A stretch of DNA of 64,000 bases from Candidatus Eiseniibacteriota bacterium (lineage in GTDB: Bacteria > Eisenbacteria > RBG-16-71-46 > SZUA-252). The stretch lies in assembly GCA_038060295.1 (NCBI GenBank), contig JBBTHR010000006.1:8735-72734 (forward strand). The letters are read 5' to 3'. The position numbers and the translations under genes were made by a program. Under the pieces are notes generated by a model. The model was not told the origin of the DNA and did not search any database. It saw nothing but the letters and a program-made list of their open reading frames with translations. Shown in pieces: positions 39,467-48,036 of the stretch. How positions within the stretch are numbered: position 1 is the stretch's first letter; the number at the start of each line of letters is the position of its first letter.

Positions 39467-40254
39467 CCACGAACGACATCCGGGAGACGGTGCGGGAGCG
39501 TTACGGCAAGGTGGCCGAGACGGTGGGAAGCGAACCGCAGGGCTGCTGCGGGACCGACTGCGGTTGCGGCACCACGGTCTCCCTGGAGGAACTCGGCTAC
39601 AGCGCCGAGCAGCGCGCCGTCGTTCCCTCGGGGTCCGATCTCGGGCTCGGCTGCGGCAATCCGCTCGGGCACGCGGCGGTGAAGCCGGGCGAGACGGTGC
39701 TCGACCTCGGATCGGGCGCGGGAATCGACGCCTTCCTCGCCTCGCGCGAGGTCGGTCCGACGGGGCGCGTTCTGGGAGTCGACATGACCGCGTCGATGCT
39801 CTCCCGCGCGCGCGCCAACGCCGTGAAGGGTGCCTTCACGAACGTGGAGTTCCGTCTCGGCGAGATCGAGAACCTCCCTGTCGCCGACGGCACGGTGGAC
39901 GTCATCATCTCGAATTGCGTCGTCAATCTCTCGCCGGACAAGTCGCGCGTCTTCCGCGAGGCGCTCCGGACGCTTCGGCCCGGCGGCCGTGCGGTCCTGA
40001 GCGATCTGGTCCTGGTGGCTCCCCTACCGGAGGCGGTTCGCACGTCGGTGGAGGCGTACGTCGGCTGCGTGGCGGGCGCTTCCATGAGGGACGACTACCT
40101 GGCGCTGATGCGCGAGGCGGGGTTCGAGCGCGTGGAGGTGCTGGAGGAGAAGGAGTACGGCGCGGCGGCGTTCGGCCCCGACGAAGCCGCGGCGGCTGCG
40201 ACGCTCCGCGCGGTGCGCTCGGTGAAGGTGCGGGCGTTCAAGCCGGCCGCCTGA
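39463..40254 (+). CDS. arsM: Arsenite S-adenosylmethionine methyltransferase
   Basis: ATGA overlap with arsR. N-terminal Cys cluster [15 protein letters not shown], the SAM motif [11 protein letters not shown] and the conserved SNCVVNL. Confidence 0.9.
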   Translation: MTTNDIRETVRERYGKVAETVGSEPQGCCGTDCGCGTTVSLEELGYSAEQRAVVPSGSDLGLGCGNPLGHAAVKPGETVLDLGSGAGIDAFLASREVGPTGRVLGVDMTASMLSRARANAVKGAFTNVEFRLGEIENLPVADGTVDVIISNCVVNLSPDKSRVFREALRTLRPGGRAVLSDLVLVAPLPEAVRTSVEAYVGCVAGASMRDDYLALMREAGFERVEVLEEKEYGAAAFGPDEAAAAATLRAVRSVKVRAFKPAA

Positions 40255-40266
40255 GCCGGCGCGACG

Positions 40267-40842
40267 CTACTCGGAGACGCGGGCGCGGCCCTCGCCATTG
40301 AAGGCGATGACCGAGTGTACCGGCGCGGAGGCTTCGAGTTTGGCGCGCCCGCCGAGGTAGAGAAGTTCGACGAGGAAGGCGAAGGCGATCGGCGTGCAAC
40401 CGAGCGCCTTCGCCAGTTGATAGGCGGCCTGCGCGGTTCCACCGGTCGCGATGACGTCGTCGGCGATGAGGACGCGCGTCCCTGGACGGAGCAGGTCGCC
40501 GTGCGTCTCCAGCGAGGCGCGCCCGTACTCCAGCTCGTACTCCTCCTTGAGGGTCTTCCCCGGCAGCTTCCCCGGTTTTCGCGCCAGAAGCACGCCCCGT
40601 TTCCAGTGCGCCGCGAGCGCGGCGGCCACGAGAAAGCCGCGCGCCTCGATGCCGAGCACCAGATCGGGTGGCGCGGCATCGAACGGCTTCGCCAGCGCGC
40701 GTACGGTTCGCCCCCACGCCTCCGCGTCCGCCCAGAGCGGCGTGAGATCGCGGAAGAGAACGCCCTGCCGCGGCCAGTCGTGGATGGGGCGGACCCATTC
40801 CGAGAGAGGCGCGTGAGGACGATCGGGCGGCGACCACGTCAT
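40267..40842 (-). CDS. apt: Adenine phosphoribosyltransferase
   Basis: FRDLTPL and the PRPP-binding motif VLIADDVIATGGTA. Confidence 0.92.
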   Translation of the reverse strand: MTWSPPDRPHAPLSEWVRPIHDWPRQGVLFRDLTPLWADAEAWGRTVRALAKPFDAAPPDLVLGIEARGFLVAAALAAHWKRGVLLARKPGKLPGKTLKEEYELEYGRASLETHGDLLRPGTRVLIADDVIATGGTAQAAYQLAKALGCTPIAFAFLVELLYLGGRAKLEASAPVHSVIAFNGEGRARVSE

Positions 40843-40919
40843 GACCCGGAGGCTACCTGCCCGCGGACGCCGGGCGCAATTCCTCTCTGGTACCAGAAGG
40901 CATCGGGTAGACTCGGTCG

Positions 40920-41855
40920 ATGCGGATCGTGATCGGCGGCGCGAGCGGACTGATCGGCGGCGCGCTCGTACCGCGCCTGGCGGAGCGGGGGCACGAGGTC
41001 GCGCGACTCGTTCGCGCCGGCGGCGATGGGGGCGGTAGCCGCGGTGGCGGTAGCGCCGACCGCGCGGGAACGATTCCCTGGGATCCCGATCGCGGCCTCC
41101 TCGACCCGGACCGGCTCCGAGGCGTCGACGCGGTCGTTCACCTCGGCGGCGTCAGCATCGCGTCGGGGCGCTGGACCACCGAACGGAAGCAGGCAATCCT
41201 GGAGAGCCGCGTCCGCTCCACGCTCCTTCTCGCCGAGCGGATCGCCTCCGCTCCTTCCACCGATCGTCCCCGCGCGTTCGTGGTCGCCTCGGCCACGGGT
41301 TTCTACGGCCATCGCGGCGACGAGACGCTCCCCGAGACGAGCGGACCGGGTGAAGGCTTCCTGGCCGACGTCTGCCGCGCGTGGGAGGAGGCCGCCTCCC
41401 CGGCGTCGCGCGCGGGGACGCGAGTGGCGCACGCGCGGATCGGAATGGTGTTGAGCCGCGAAGGGGGCGCGCTCGAGGCGATGCTCCCCCCCTTCCGCCT
41501 CGGGCTCGGCGGTCCGATCGGAAACGGCCGCCAGTGGTGGCCCTGGATCTCGCTCGACGACATCGCGGCCATCTTCGTTCGCCTGATCGAGGACGAGTCG
41601 ATCTCCGGCGCGGTGAATGCCGTGGCTCCCGAAGCGGTGACGAGCGCCGGGTTCGCGCGCGCGCTGGGGCGGGCGCTTCATCGGCCCGCCGTGCTTCCCG
41701 TTCCCGCGTTTGCCCTACGACTCCTTCTCGGCGAAATGGCCGACGCGCTTCTCCTGGCCAGCACGAAGGCCGTGCCGGAGCGGCTGGCGCGCGCGGGATT
41801 CTCCTTCGGCCACGAGCGGCTGGACGACGCCCTCCGCGCCGCGCTCGCGCGGTAG
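40920..41855 (+). CDS. TIGR01777/YfcH-type epimerase family protein (SDR with a DUF1731 C-terminus)
   Basis: MRIVIGGASGLIGGAL Rossmann motif. 311 aa. Confidence 0.85.
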   Translation: MRIVIGGASGLIGGALVPRLAERGHEVARLVRAGGDGGGSRGGGSADRAGTIPWDPDRGLLDPDRLRGVDAVVHLGGVSIASGRWTTERKQAILESRVRSTLLLAERIASAPSTDRPRAFVVASATGFYGHRGDETLPETSGPGEGFLADVCRAWEEAASPASRAGTRVAHARIGMVLSREGGALEAMLPPFRLGLGGPIGNGRQWWPWISLDDIAAIFVRLIEDESISGAVNAVAPEAVTSAGFARALGRALHRPAVLPVPAFALRLLLGEMADALLLASTKAVPERLARAGFSFGHERLDDALRAALAR

Positions 41856-41918
41856 AATCGGCGCATGGCCGGAAAGCGACTGGTGATCCTGTGGGCGGCT
41901 GTCGCTGGCGGCCGAACG

Positions 41919-41961
41919 GGGCCACCGAGCGGATGGCCGCCGAGCAGTGGCCGCCGAGCGG
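41919..41961. repeat. Three tandem copies of a 14-15 bp unit (TGGCCGCCGAGCRG)
   Basis: GGGCCACCGAGCGGA / TGGCCGCCGAGCAG / TGGCCGCCGAGCGG. They are intergenic, about 100 nt upstream of the ATG at 42059. Confidence 0.7.
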
Positions 41962-42058
41962 GTTGCGCCCCCATCCGCGGAGGCGTAGGCTTCTTGCGAG
42001 AGGTATTCCATCACGCTGGCCGCGGAGCGGTCGGCGCCCATCCAAAGGAGGAATCACG

Positions 42059-42454
42059 ATGAAGCGTCTGCTCACGGTCTCTCTGGCCCTGGCCCTGGTG
42101 GCTCTCTTCGCCTTCTCTGGCGCGTTCGCGGCCGAGGGGAAGAAGGAAGCGAAGAGCCAGAGCTGGACCGGCGAAGTCGTCGATCTCGGCTGCTACATGG
42201 GTCACGCGGCGATGGGTGAGAAGCACATGGAGTGCGGTCTCAAGTGCGTCGCGGGCGGCATGCCGATGGGCTTGGTGGTCAAGGGCAACAAGGTGTTCGT
42301 CCTGACGATGAACCACGACAACGGCGACGCCTTCAACGCCTGCAAGGGCTGGGTCTCGCAGCAGGTGAAGATCACCGGGACCATGGCGACCAGGGGCGGG
42401 CTGCAGTCGATCGATGTCGCGGCTGCCGAGCTGGCGGCCGCTCCCGCGAAGTAA
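42059..42454 (+). CDS. Exported Cys/His-motif protein, paralogue 1 (uncharacterised family)
   Basis: The ATG is preceded by AAAGGAGG. Signal peptide MKRLLTVSLALALVALFAFSGAFA. Motif GEVVDLGCYMGHAAMGEKHMECGLKCVAGGMPMG. It is the 3' in-frame part of track ORF 41381..42454. Confidence 0.8.
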   Translation: MKRLLTVSLALALVALFAFSGAFAAEGKKEAKSQSWTGEVVDLGCYMGHAAMGEKHMECGLKCVAGGMPMGLVVKGNKVFVLTMNHDNGDAFNACKGWVSQQVKITGTMATRGGLQSIDVAAAELAAAPAK

Positions 42455-42503
42455 CTCATAAGCGCGCGTGAGGTCCCGAACGGCCTCACGCGCGTCTTCC
42501 TTC

Positions 42504-43274
42504 ATGATCCGCCGCGCGCTTCTCCTCCTCTTCGCCGCCTCCCTGGTCGTGGTGCTCCTGGCCGCGGCCGATTCGCTGCGCCCGCGGCTCACGCCGGCCG
42601 AGCGCGGGCGGCGTCTGGCCGAAGCGAACGGATGCTTCTCCTGCCACGGCCCGGAAGGGACGAAGGGAGTACCCAACCCCGGCCGCGCCGACCTCACGGT
42701 GCCGGCATTCCCCGGCACGCTCATGATGTACGCCAAGGACGCGGATCAGGTGCGCGAGTGGATCCGCGACGGCGCGACGAAAACGCGCCGGGCAAGCAAG
42801 ACATGGCGCGCCGAGCGGGAGAAGGGCGCGCTCCGGATGCCTGCCTATGGGAAGCGGCTGACCGGCCGGGAGATGGATGACCTCGTCGCCTTCGTTCTCG
42901 CCGCCGCGGGAGAGCCGGCGCCTGAAGACTCTCTCCCCGCGGCCGGGCTGGAGCGGGCCTCCGCGCTCGGCTGCTTCGGCTGCCACGGCATCGGCGGCCG
43001 CTTCGCGCGGCCGAACCCAGGTTCGTTCAAGGGATTCGTTCCTCCCTGGGACGGGGCTGACTTCCCCGAGCTGGTCGCCGACCGCCGGGAATTCGGGGAG
43101 TGGGTGGAAGAGGGGGTGAGCCGGCGATTCTCCGCGAATCCCGCGGCGCGCTTTTTCCTGGAGCGCGCGCCGCTCCGGATGCCCGTCTATCGCAAGCAGT
43201 TACGGCCCGGAGACGTGGACGCGCTGTGGGCCTACGTCACATGGCTCCGAACGCCCATGCTTCCTACGCCATAG
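42504..43274 (+). CDS. Diheme c-type cytochrome with an N-terminal membrane anchor
   Basis: Two CxxCH motifs (CFSCH, CFGCH), each followed by RMPAY or RMPVY. The likely start is the ATG at 42504 (MIRRALLLLFAASLVVVLLAAA). Confidence 0.85.
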   Translation: MIRRALLLLFAASLVVVLLAAADSLRPRLTPAERGRRLAEANGCFSCHGPEGTKGVPNPGRADLTVPAFPGTLMMYAKDADQVREWIRDGATKTRRASKTWRAEREKGALRMPAYGKRLTGREMDDLVAFVLAAAGEPAPEDSLPAAGLERASALGCFGCHGIGGRFARPNPGSFKGFVPPWDGADFPELVADRREFGEWVEEGVSRRFSANPAARFFLERAPLRMPVYRKQLRPGDVDALWAYVTWLRTPMLPTP

Positions 43275-43317
43275 GGACCATGGAGCATTCGCGCGGGTGC
43301 GGGGTAACATTCATCGT

Positions 43318-43785
43318 ATGAAACGACTTCTCCTTGTTGCGCTGGCGGTCGCGCTGATGGCTCCGGCGGCCGATTTCCCCGCCACGGCGGGGGCGCAGTC
43401 AGGCGGCACCGCCGCCCCGAAGGGGCCCAAGAAACCGATCAAGGTAGTCGGCGAACTCCTCGACATGGGCTGCTTCATCTCGCGCGGCCTGACCGGGGAA
43501 CTGCACCGGGAGTGCGCCACCAAGTGCATCAACAACGGCGTGCCGATGGGCATCATGACCGCGGACAGCACGGTTTACGTGCTGACGCAGAATCACGATC
43601 GCGCCATGGAACCGAAGGGCTTCGTCGGCTCGCCCGACCCCTACGTTCTGCTCAAGACCCTGGCGGCCAAGCAGGTCGAGGTTCTGGGGCTGAACTGGGA
43701 ACGCCACGGCGTGAAGTTTCTCGAGGTGAAGTACGCCAAGCCGGCGCCCGCCGCGGCGTCGACGCCCCCCAAACCGGGACCGTAG
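43318..43785 (+). CDS. Exported Cys/His-motif protein, paralogue 2
   Basis: Signal peptide MKRLLLVALAVALMAPAA... Motif GELLDMGCFISRGLTGELHRECATKCINNGVPMG ... VYVLTQNH. Confidence 0.8.
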   Translation: MKRLLLVALAVALMAPAADFPATAGAQSGGTAAPKGPKKPIKVVGELLDMGCFISRGLTGELHRECATKCINNGVPMGIMTADSTVYVLTQNHDRAMEPKGFVGSPDPYVLLKTLAAKQVEVLGLNWERHGVKFLEVKYAKPAPAAASTPPKPGP

Positions 43786-43804
43786 TCTACCGAGGAAGAA
43801 CAGC

Positions 43805-44347
43805 ATGCATCGCACCGACGAGCCCGTCCGCACGTCCCCCGCTCCCCGCTGGATCCGCTTCGCGTCGATGACCGCCGTCGTGGTCGTCGCGTTGGCCGCG
43901 GGGGCCGCCATAGGAAGGAGCACGTCGCCTCCGCCTCCGCCCAAGGGAACCGCGACGGCGAAAGCGGCGCCCGAGAAGTTGAACGCGGCCGGCCTCAAGG
44001 TCTCCAATCGCCGCCTGGTCACCGTCAGGGGCGAGGTGGTCGACTACTACTGCTTCATCGAGAAGGGACTCCGCGGGCCGGGACATCTCGAATGCGCGGT
44101 GAAATGCGTGGCGGGAGACGTCTGCATGGGGATGTACACGCAGGAGGGCGAGCTCTACATGATCTCGGTGAACCACCTGCGCGCGATGGACCCGCTGGCG
44201 TTCAAGGGAATCCCCGATCCGTTCAACCGCTGCCGCGGGCTGCTCAGCCAGACCGTCGACCTCACCGGCTACGCGATGGAGCGGTTCGGCCAGAAGATCC
44301 TCGAGATCATGGACGTCAAGCCCGTGGGGCCGACGACGCAAGGATAA
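43805..44347 (+). CDS. Membrane-anchored Cys/His-motif protein, paralogue 3
   Basis: N-terminal hydrophobic anchor MTAVVVVALAAGAAIG. Motif GEVVDYYCFIEKGLRGPGHLECAVKCVAGDVCMG ... LYMISVNH. Confidence 0.78.
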   Translation: MHRTDEPVRTSPAPRWIRFASMTAVVVVALAAGAAIGRSTSPPPPPKGTATAKAAPEKLNAAGLKVSNRRLVTVRGEVVDYYCFIEKGLRGPGHLECAVKCVAGDVCMGMYTQEGELYMISVNHLRAMDPLAFKGIPDPFNRCRGLLSQTVDLTGYAMERFGQKILEIMDVKPVGPTTQG

Positions 44348-45095
44348 GGATCTCGTCCAGGTAGAAACTCAGACGGCCCTCGTGCTCTTCCGGCGCGAGG
44401 GCCGTTTTCGCGCCCGGCGGCGCGTCGTGAAACATCGCGCGAAGCCGCTCCCTCGTCGGCGCGTCCACCCCCTGCATGCCCGCCCAGAAATCGAATTCGC
44501 GCCGCTTCCGGAAGTGCTCGACGCGTTCCACGAGAAGACCCGCCTCGCGGAAAATGGCCACCCACTCCGATTCGTTGTAGGCGCGCTGGTGGCTGGGGTC
44601 GCGGGTCTTCTCGATGGCGTTGAAGTGCGCGGCGGCCTCGGGATCGTGGGGCGCCATGTTGTCGATCGCGATCACCTTCCCGCCCGGCTTCACCACCCTC
44701 GCGCACTCCCTGACGAAGCGGCCCACGTCGGCAAAGTGGTGCGGCGCCACGCGGCAGGTGACGAGATCGAACGCGGCGTCGGCGAAGGGAAGCGCGCAGG
44801 CGTCGGCCTCGCGGAAGGAGACGTTCGTGGCCCCTTTCTCGCGAATGAAGCGCTCGGCGGCGCCGAGCATCTCCCGGGTGAGATCGGAGGCCACCACCTC
44901 GCGCACGTGAGGCGCGAGGGCGAGCGCGGTGTGCCCGCCGCCGGTCGCGATGTCGAGCACGCTCCACTCGGGCCGGGGCGCGGCGAGCGCCACGAGCCGG
45001 TCGAGGCTTTCGCTCGATTGGTGATCGCGGCTGGTGACGTAGCGCTCGGCGTGGGCGCTGAATTGCCGGCGCGACAGCTCGCGCGCGTCCTCCAC
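44316..45095 (-). CDS. Class I SAM-dependent methyltransferase
   Basis: VLDIATGGGHTA motif I and FDLVTCRVAPHHF...VKPGGKV. 259 aa. Confidence 0.85.
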   Translation of the reverse strand: MEDARELSRRQFSAHAERYVTSRDHQSSESLDRLVALAAPRPEWSVLDIATGGGHTALALAPHVREVVASDLTREMLGAAERFIREKGATNVSFREADACALPFADAAFDLVTCRVAPHHFADVGRFVRECARVVKPGGKVIAIDNMAPHDPEAAAHFNAIEKTRDPSHQRAYNESEWVAIFREAGLLVERVEHFRKRREFDFWAGMQGVDAPTRERLRAMFHDAPPGAKTALAPEEHEGRLSFYLDEILILASSAPRA

Positions 45096-45099
45096 CGGG

Positions 45100-45702
45100 C
45101 TAGGCCGCCTTGGCGCGGCTCATCCGCTTGGCGACGACCCGGCGCGTCCGCTTCTTCGCGGCGCGTGGGGCCCGCTTCTTGGCGGTCGCGCGAGGGGCGC
45201 GCTTCTTGGCGGTCGCGCGAGGCACCCGCTTCTTCGTGACCGCGCGGCGCGCCCGCTTCTTTCCCGCGGCGCGGCGCGGCGCCACGACGCCTGCCATGGC
45301 CCTCAGCGCGCGGGCGCCCTTCTTCCGGAGGTCCTGCCACGCGAGCACCGTCTTACGACGCGGCCGGGTCCGGCCGACTTCCCAGAGGTAGATCGAGAGA
45401 CTCGCCACGCCGAGGAGCCGCGCGTATGCCTTCCGGCTCATCCCGAGCGCCTCGCGATGCTTCCGCATGAGCGCGGGGGAGAAGCGGGCGCGGCGGTTAT
45501 CGGCCACCTTCCCCGCGGCCGCCGCGCGCGTGCGCGATCCCGGCGCCGCGCCGGTGAGGAGGCGACGCTCGAGCATCGTGATGGATTTCCGAATCGCCTG
45601 GATCTCCGCGCGAAGCGTCTCCACGGCCTGCTTCGATTCATCGCGCGCCGCGGCGCGCATCTCGGCGCGAAGCGCCTTCGTCAGACTAGTCATGGGATTC
45701 AT
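45100..45702 (-). CDS. HTH (XRE-like) protein with a repetitive basic C-terminal tail
   Basis: LGMSRKAYARLLGVASLSIYLWEVGRTRP helix-turn-helix, followed by KKRARRAVTKKRVPRATAKKRAPRATAKKRAPRAAKKRTRR. Confidence 0.7.
   Translation of the reverse strand: MNPMTSLTKALRAEMRAAARDESKQAVETLRAEIQAIRKSITMLERRLLTGAAPGSRTRAAAAGKVADNRRARFSPALMRKHREALGMSRKAYARLLGVASLSIYLWEVGRTRPRRKTVLAWQDLRKKGARALRAMAGVVAPRRAAGKKRARRAVTKKRVPRATAKKRAPRATAKKRAPRAAKKRTRRVVAKRMSRAKAA
45141..45275. repeat. Tandem repeat with a 27-bp period (about 4-5 copies) inside the CDS
   Basis: GCTTCTT recurs at 45150, 45174, 45201, 45228 and 45255. It encodes the 9-aa basic repeat (A)KKRAPRAT. Confidence 0.75.
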
Positions 45703-45711
45703 CCTCTTCCG

Positions 45712-48036
45712 TTAGCTGGAGCCGGTTCCATGTTCGGGAGGCGGGTCCGGATGGAACCGTCCCCCCGCGAGAGCCATCCATTGAAGCCGAGCGCACGGTC
45801 CGCCAGGAGTTCCCTGATGGTGCCGCCGCTGCAGCCGTTCCACGATCGCCGACACGCCGACGGCATCGGCATGCCGGAGGAGCCCGCCGCGAAACGGCGG
45901 GAACCCGGTGCCCATCACCATCGCCAGGTCGACGTCATCGGCGGAGAAGGCGACCCGTTCCTCGAGCGCCATCGTCGCCTCGTTGATCATCGCGTCCACC
46001 AGCCGCTCCACGATCTCCTCGGGAGGCGGCCCCGCGGTCGCCTCGGCGTCCTTCTTCGACGGAGACCGAGCGAACACGGGATTCACGATGGAGCGCTTTC
46101 CCCTCACGTAGGTGTAGAAGCCGCGGCCCGACTTCTTCCCCAGCGTTCCTTCCGAGACCAGCTTGTCGAGGAGGTTGGTGCGCGGCATCCGTTCGCCGAA
46201 CGCTTCCTCCAGGACGTGCGCCACCTTTCTCGCCACGTCGAGCCCGATCTCGTCGAGTAGCTCGCAGGGACCGAGCGGCATGCCGAAGCCGCGGAGCGCG
46301 CGGTCGATCGCTTCGATCGGCGTCCCCCGCTCCACCAGCGCGACCGCCTCGCCGAGATACGGCATCAGGATCCGGTTCACCAGGAAGCCCGGCTCGTCGC
46401 CCACCACGACCGGGGTCTTCCCCATGCGGCGCGCCAGCGCCACCACCGTTTCCACCGCCACCACGTCCGAGCCCTCGTGGCAGATCACCTCGACCAGCGG
46501 CATGCGCGTGACCGGATTGAAGAAGTGCATTCCCACCACCCGCTCGGGGTGGACGCAATTCTTGCCGATGGCGCGCACCGAGAGGGAGGAGGTGTTCGTC
46601 GCCAGGACGCAGGTCGTGGGGACGAGTGTCTCCAGTTCGCGGAAGATTCCCTGCTTGATGCCGAGGTCCTCCACGACCGCCTCGATGACGACGTCCGCGC
46701 GCCCCAGCCCGTCGAGGGCGAGCGTCGGCTCGATGCGCGCCATCGCCTGCTCCAGCTCCGCCTTCGTCAGCCGCCCGCGCGACGCTTCCTTATCGAAGAG
46801 TTTCTTCGCGTGCGACAGGGAATGGAGAAGCGGCTCCGGCTTGATGTCGCGGAGCCGGACGTGGATGTCGCGCGAGGAGAGGAGGTAGGCGATCTCGCCA
46901 CCCATCGTGCCGGCGCCCAGCACCGCCGCGCGCGCGACCGGCCGCGCGTGGAGCGCCGGCGGTTCCCGCTTGGCCGCCTCGCGGAGCAGGAAGATGCGGC
47001 GAAGGTGGATCGACGCGGCCGTGAAAAGCAGCCTCGCCACCGCCTTCCGCTCGACCTTCAGCCCCTGGGAAAGCGGCTTCCCCCAGCTGCTCTCCAGCAC
47101 GCGAAGAATCTCGAGCGGCGCCGGATAGTGCCCGCCGCTCTGCGCCAGGACGCGCTTCCGCGCCTGGCTCAGGACGTAGGAACGGAACGGCGGCAGCGAC
47201 TGGAGAACTCTCTGCGCGAGCGGAAGCCGCTTGATCCGCGGCTTTCGCCCGGCCAGGAGCGCCTCCACCCACGCGGCCGCCCTCCCGTTGAAGCGCTCGC
47301 GCGGAAGGATATCGTCGATGAGTCCCACGCGGCGCGCGCGGCGCGCGTCGAGGGAGCGGCCGGTGAGCAAGAGGTCGAGCGAGGCCAGGAGCCCGATCCG
47401 CCGCGGGAGCCGCTGCGTGCCGCCGAAGCCCGGGAGAATTCCGAGCATCACCTCGGGGAACGCCACGCTGACACCGCGCGCGTCGGAAGCCAGCCGGTAG
47501 TCGAACGCGAGGGTGAGTTCCGTCCCCCCGCCCATGCAGGGCCCGTTGATCGCGGCAACCAGCGGGAACGGAAGGTCGCGGATCTCCTGGAAGAGGGCCT
47601 GCGCGTCCTTCACCTTCGTCTCCGCTTCCTGCTGCGATTCGATCCGCTGGAATTCGGTCACGTCCGCGCCGGCGATGAACTGCCCTTCCTTGCCGCTCAC
47701 GAGGAGCAGCGCGCGGGGCGCCACGCCGCCCTTCGCCTTCAGGGCCGCCACGGCGGAGCGGAGCGAGTCGAGCGAGCGGGAATCGAGGAGATTCACGCGC
47801 CGGTCGGAATCGTCGAAGGAGAGGACGTAGACGCCGGAAGGGCGCGCGTCGAGGCGGAACGGTCCGTAGACTCCGGCGCCGATGGCCGCCGGCTCCCCGT
47901 CCGTGAAGGTGGCGGCTCGCGACGGGCGAGGCGCCGGCTTCGATGAGGCGGGAACCGCGGATGTAGCATCCGCGCCGGGTGCCGCACCCGCTGCGGGAGC
48001 GCGCTCCGGGAAGAGTTCGTGCTGGTCGGCGCTCAT
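45712..48036 (-). CDS. fadB: Multifunctional fatty-acid oxidation protein (enoyl-CoA hydratase / 3-hydroxyacyl-CoA dehydrogenase)
   Basis: 774 aa. Crotonase fold (AAINGPCMGGGTELTLA), then the NAD-binding site AVLGAGTMGGEIA and the 3HCDH C-terminal domains. Confidence 0.93.
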   Translation of the reverse strand: MSADQHELFPERAPAAGAAPGADATSAVPASSKPAPRPSRAATFTDGEPAAIGAGVYGPFRLDARPSGVYVLSFDDSDRRVNLLDSRSLDSLRSAVAALKAKGGVAPRALLLVSGKEGQFIAGADVTEFQRIESQQEAETKVKDAQALFQEIRDLPFPLVAAINGPCMGGGTELTLAFDYRLASDARGVSVAFPEVMLGILPGFGGTQRLPRRIGLLASLDLLLTGRSLDARRARRVGLIDDILPRERFNGRAAAWVEALLAGRKPRIKRLPLAQRVLQSLPPFRSYVLSQARKRVLAQSGGHYPAPLEILRVLESSWGKPLSQGLKVERKAVARLLFTAASIHLRRIFLLREAAKREPPALHARPVARAAVLGAGTMGGEIAYLLSSRDIHVRLRDIKPEPLLHSLSHAKKLFDKEASRGRLTKAELEQAMARIEPTLALDGLGRADVVIEAVVEDLGIKQGIFRELETLVPTTCVLATNTSSLSVRAIGKNCVHPERVVGMHFFNPVTRMPLVEVICHEGSDVVAVETVVALARRMGKTPVVVGDEPGFLVNRILMPYLGEAVALVERGTPIEAIDRALRGFGMPLGPCELLDEIGLDVARKVAHVLEEAFGERMPRTNLLDKLVSEGTLGKKSGRGFYTYVRGKRSIVNPVFARSPSKKDAEATAGPPPEEIVERLVDAMINEATMALEERVAFSADDVDLAMVMGTGFPPFRGGLLRHADAVGVSAIVERLQRRHHQGTPGGPCARLQWMALAGGRFHPDPPPEHGTGSS

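Noticed and set aside
41856-42058. Sigma-54-like string TGGCCGCCGAGCGGGTTGC upstream of the paralogue operon
   Set aside because: The GG to GC spacing is 14 nt rather than 10. The string is part of the tandem repeat and is not a -24/-12 promoter.
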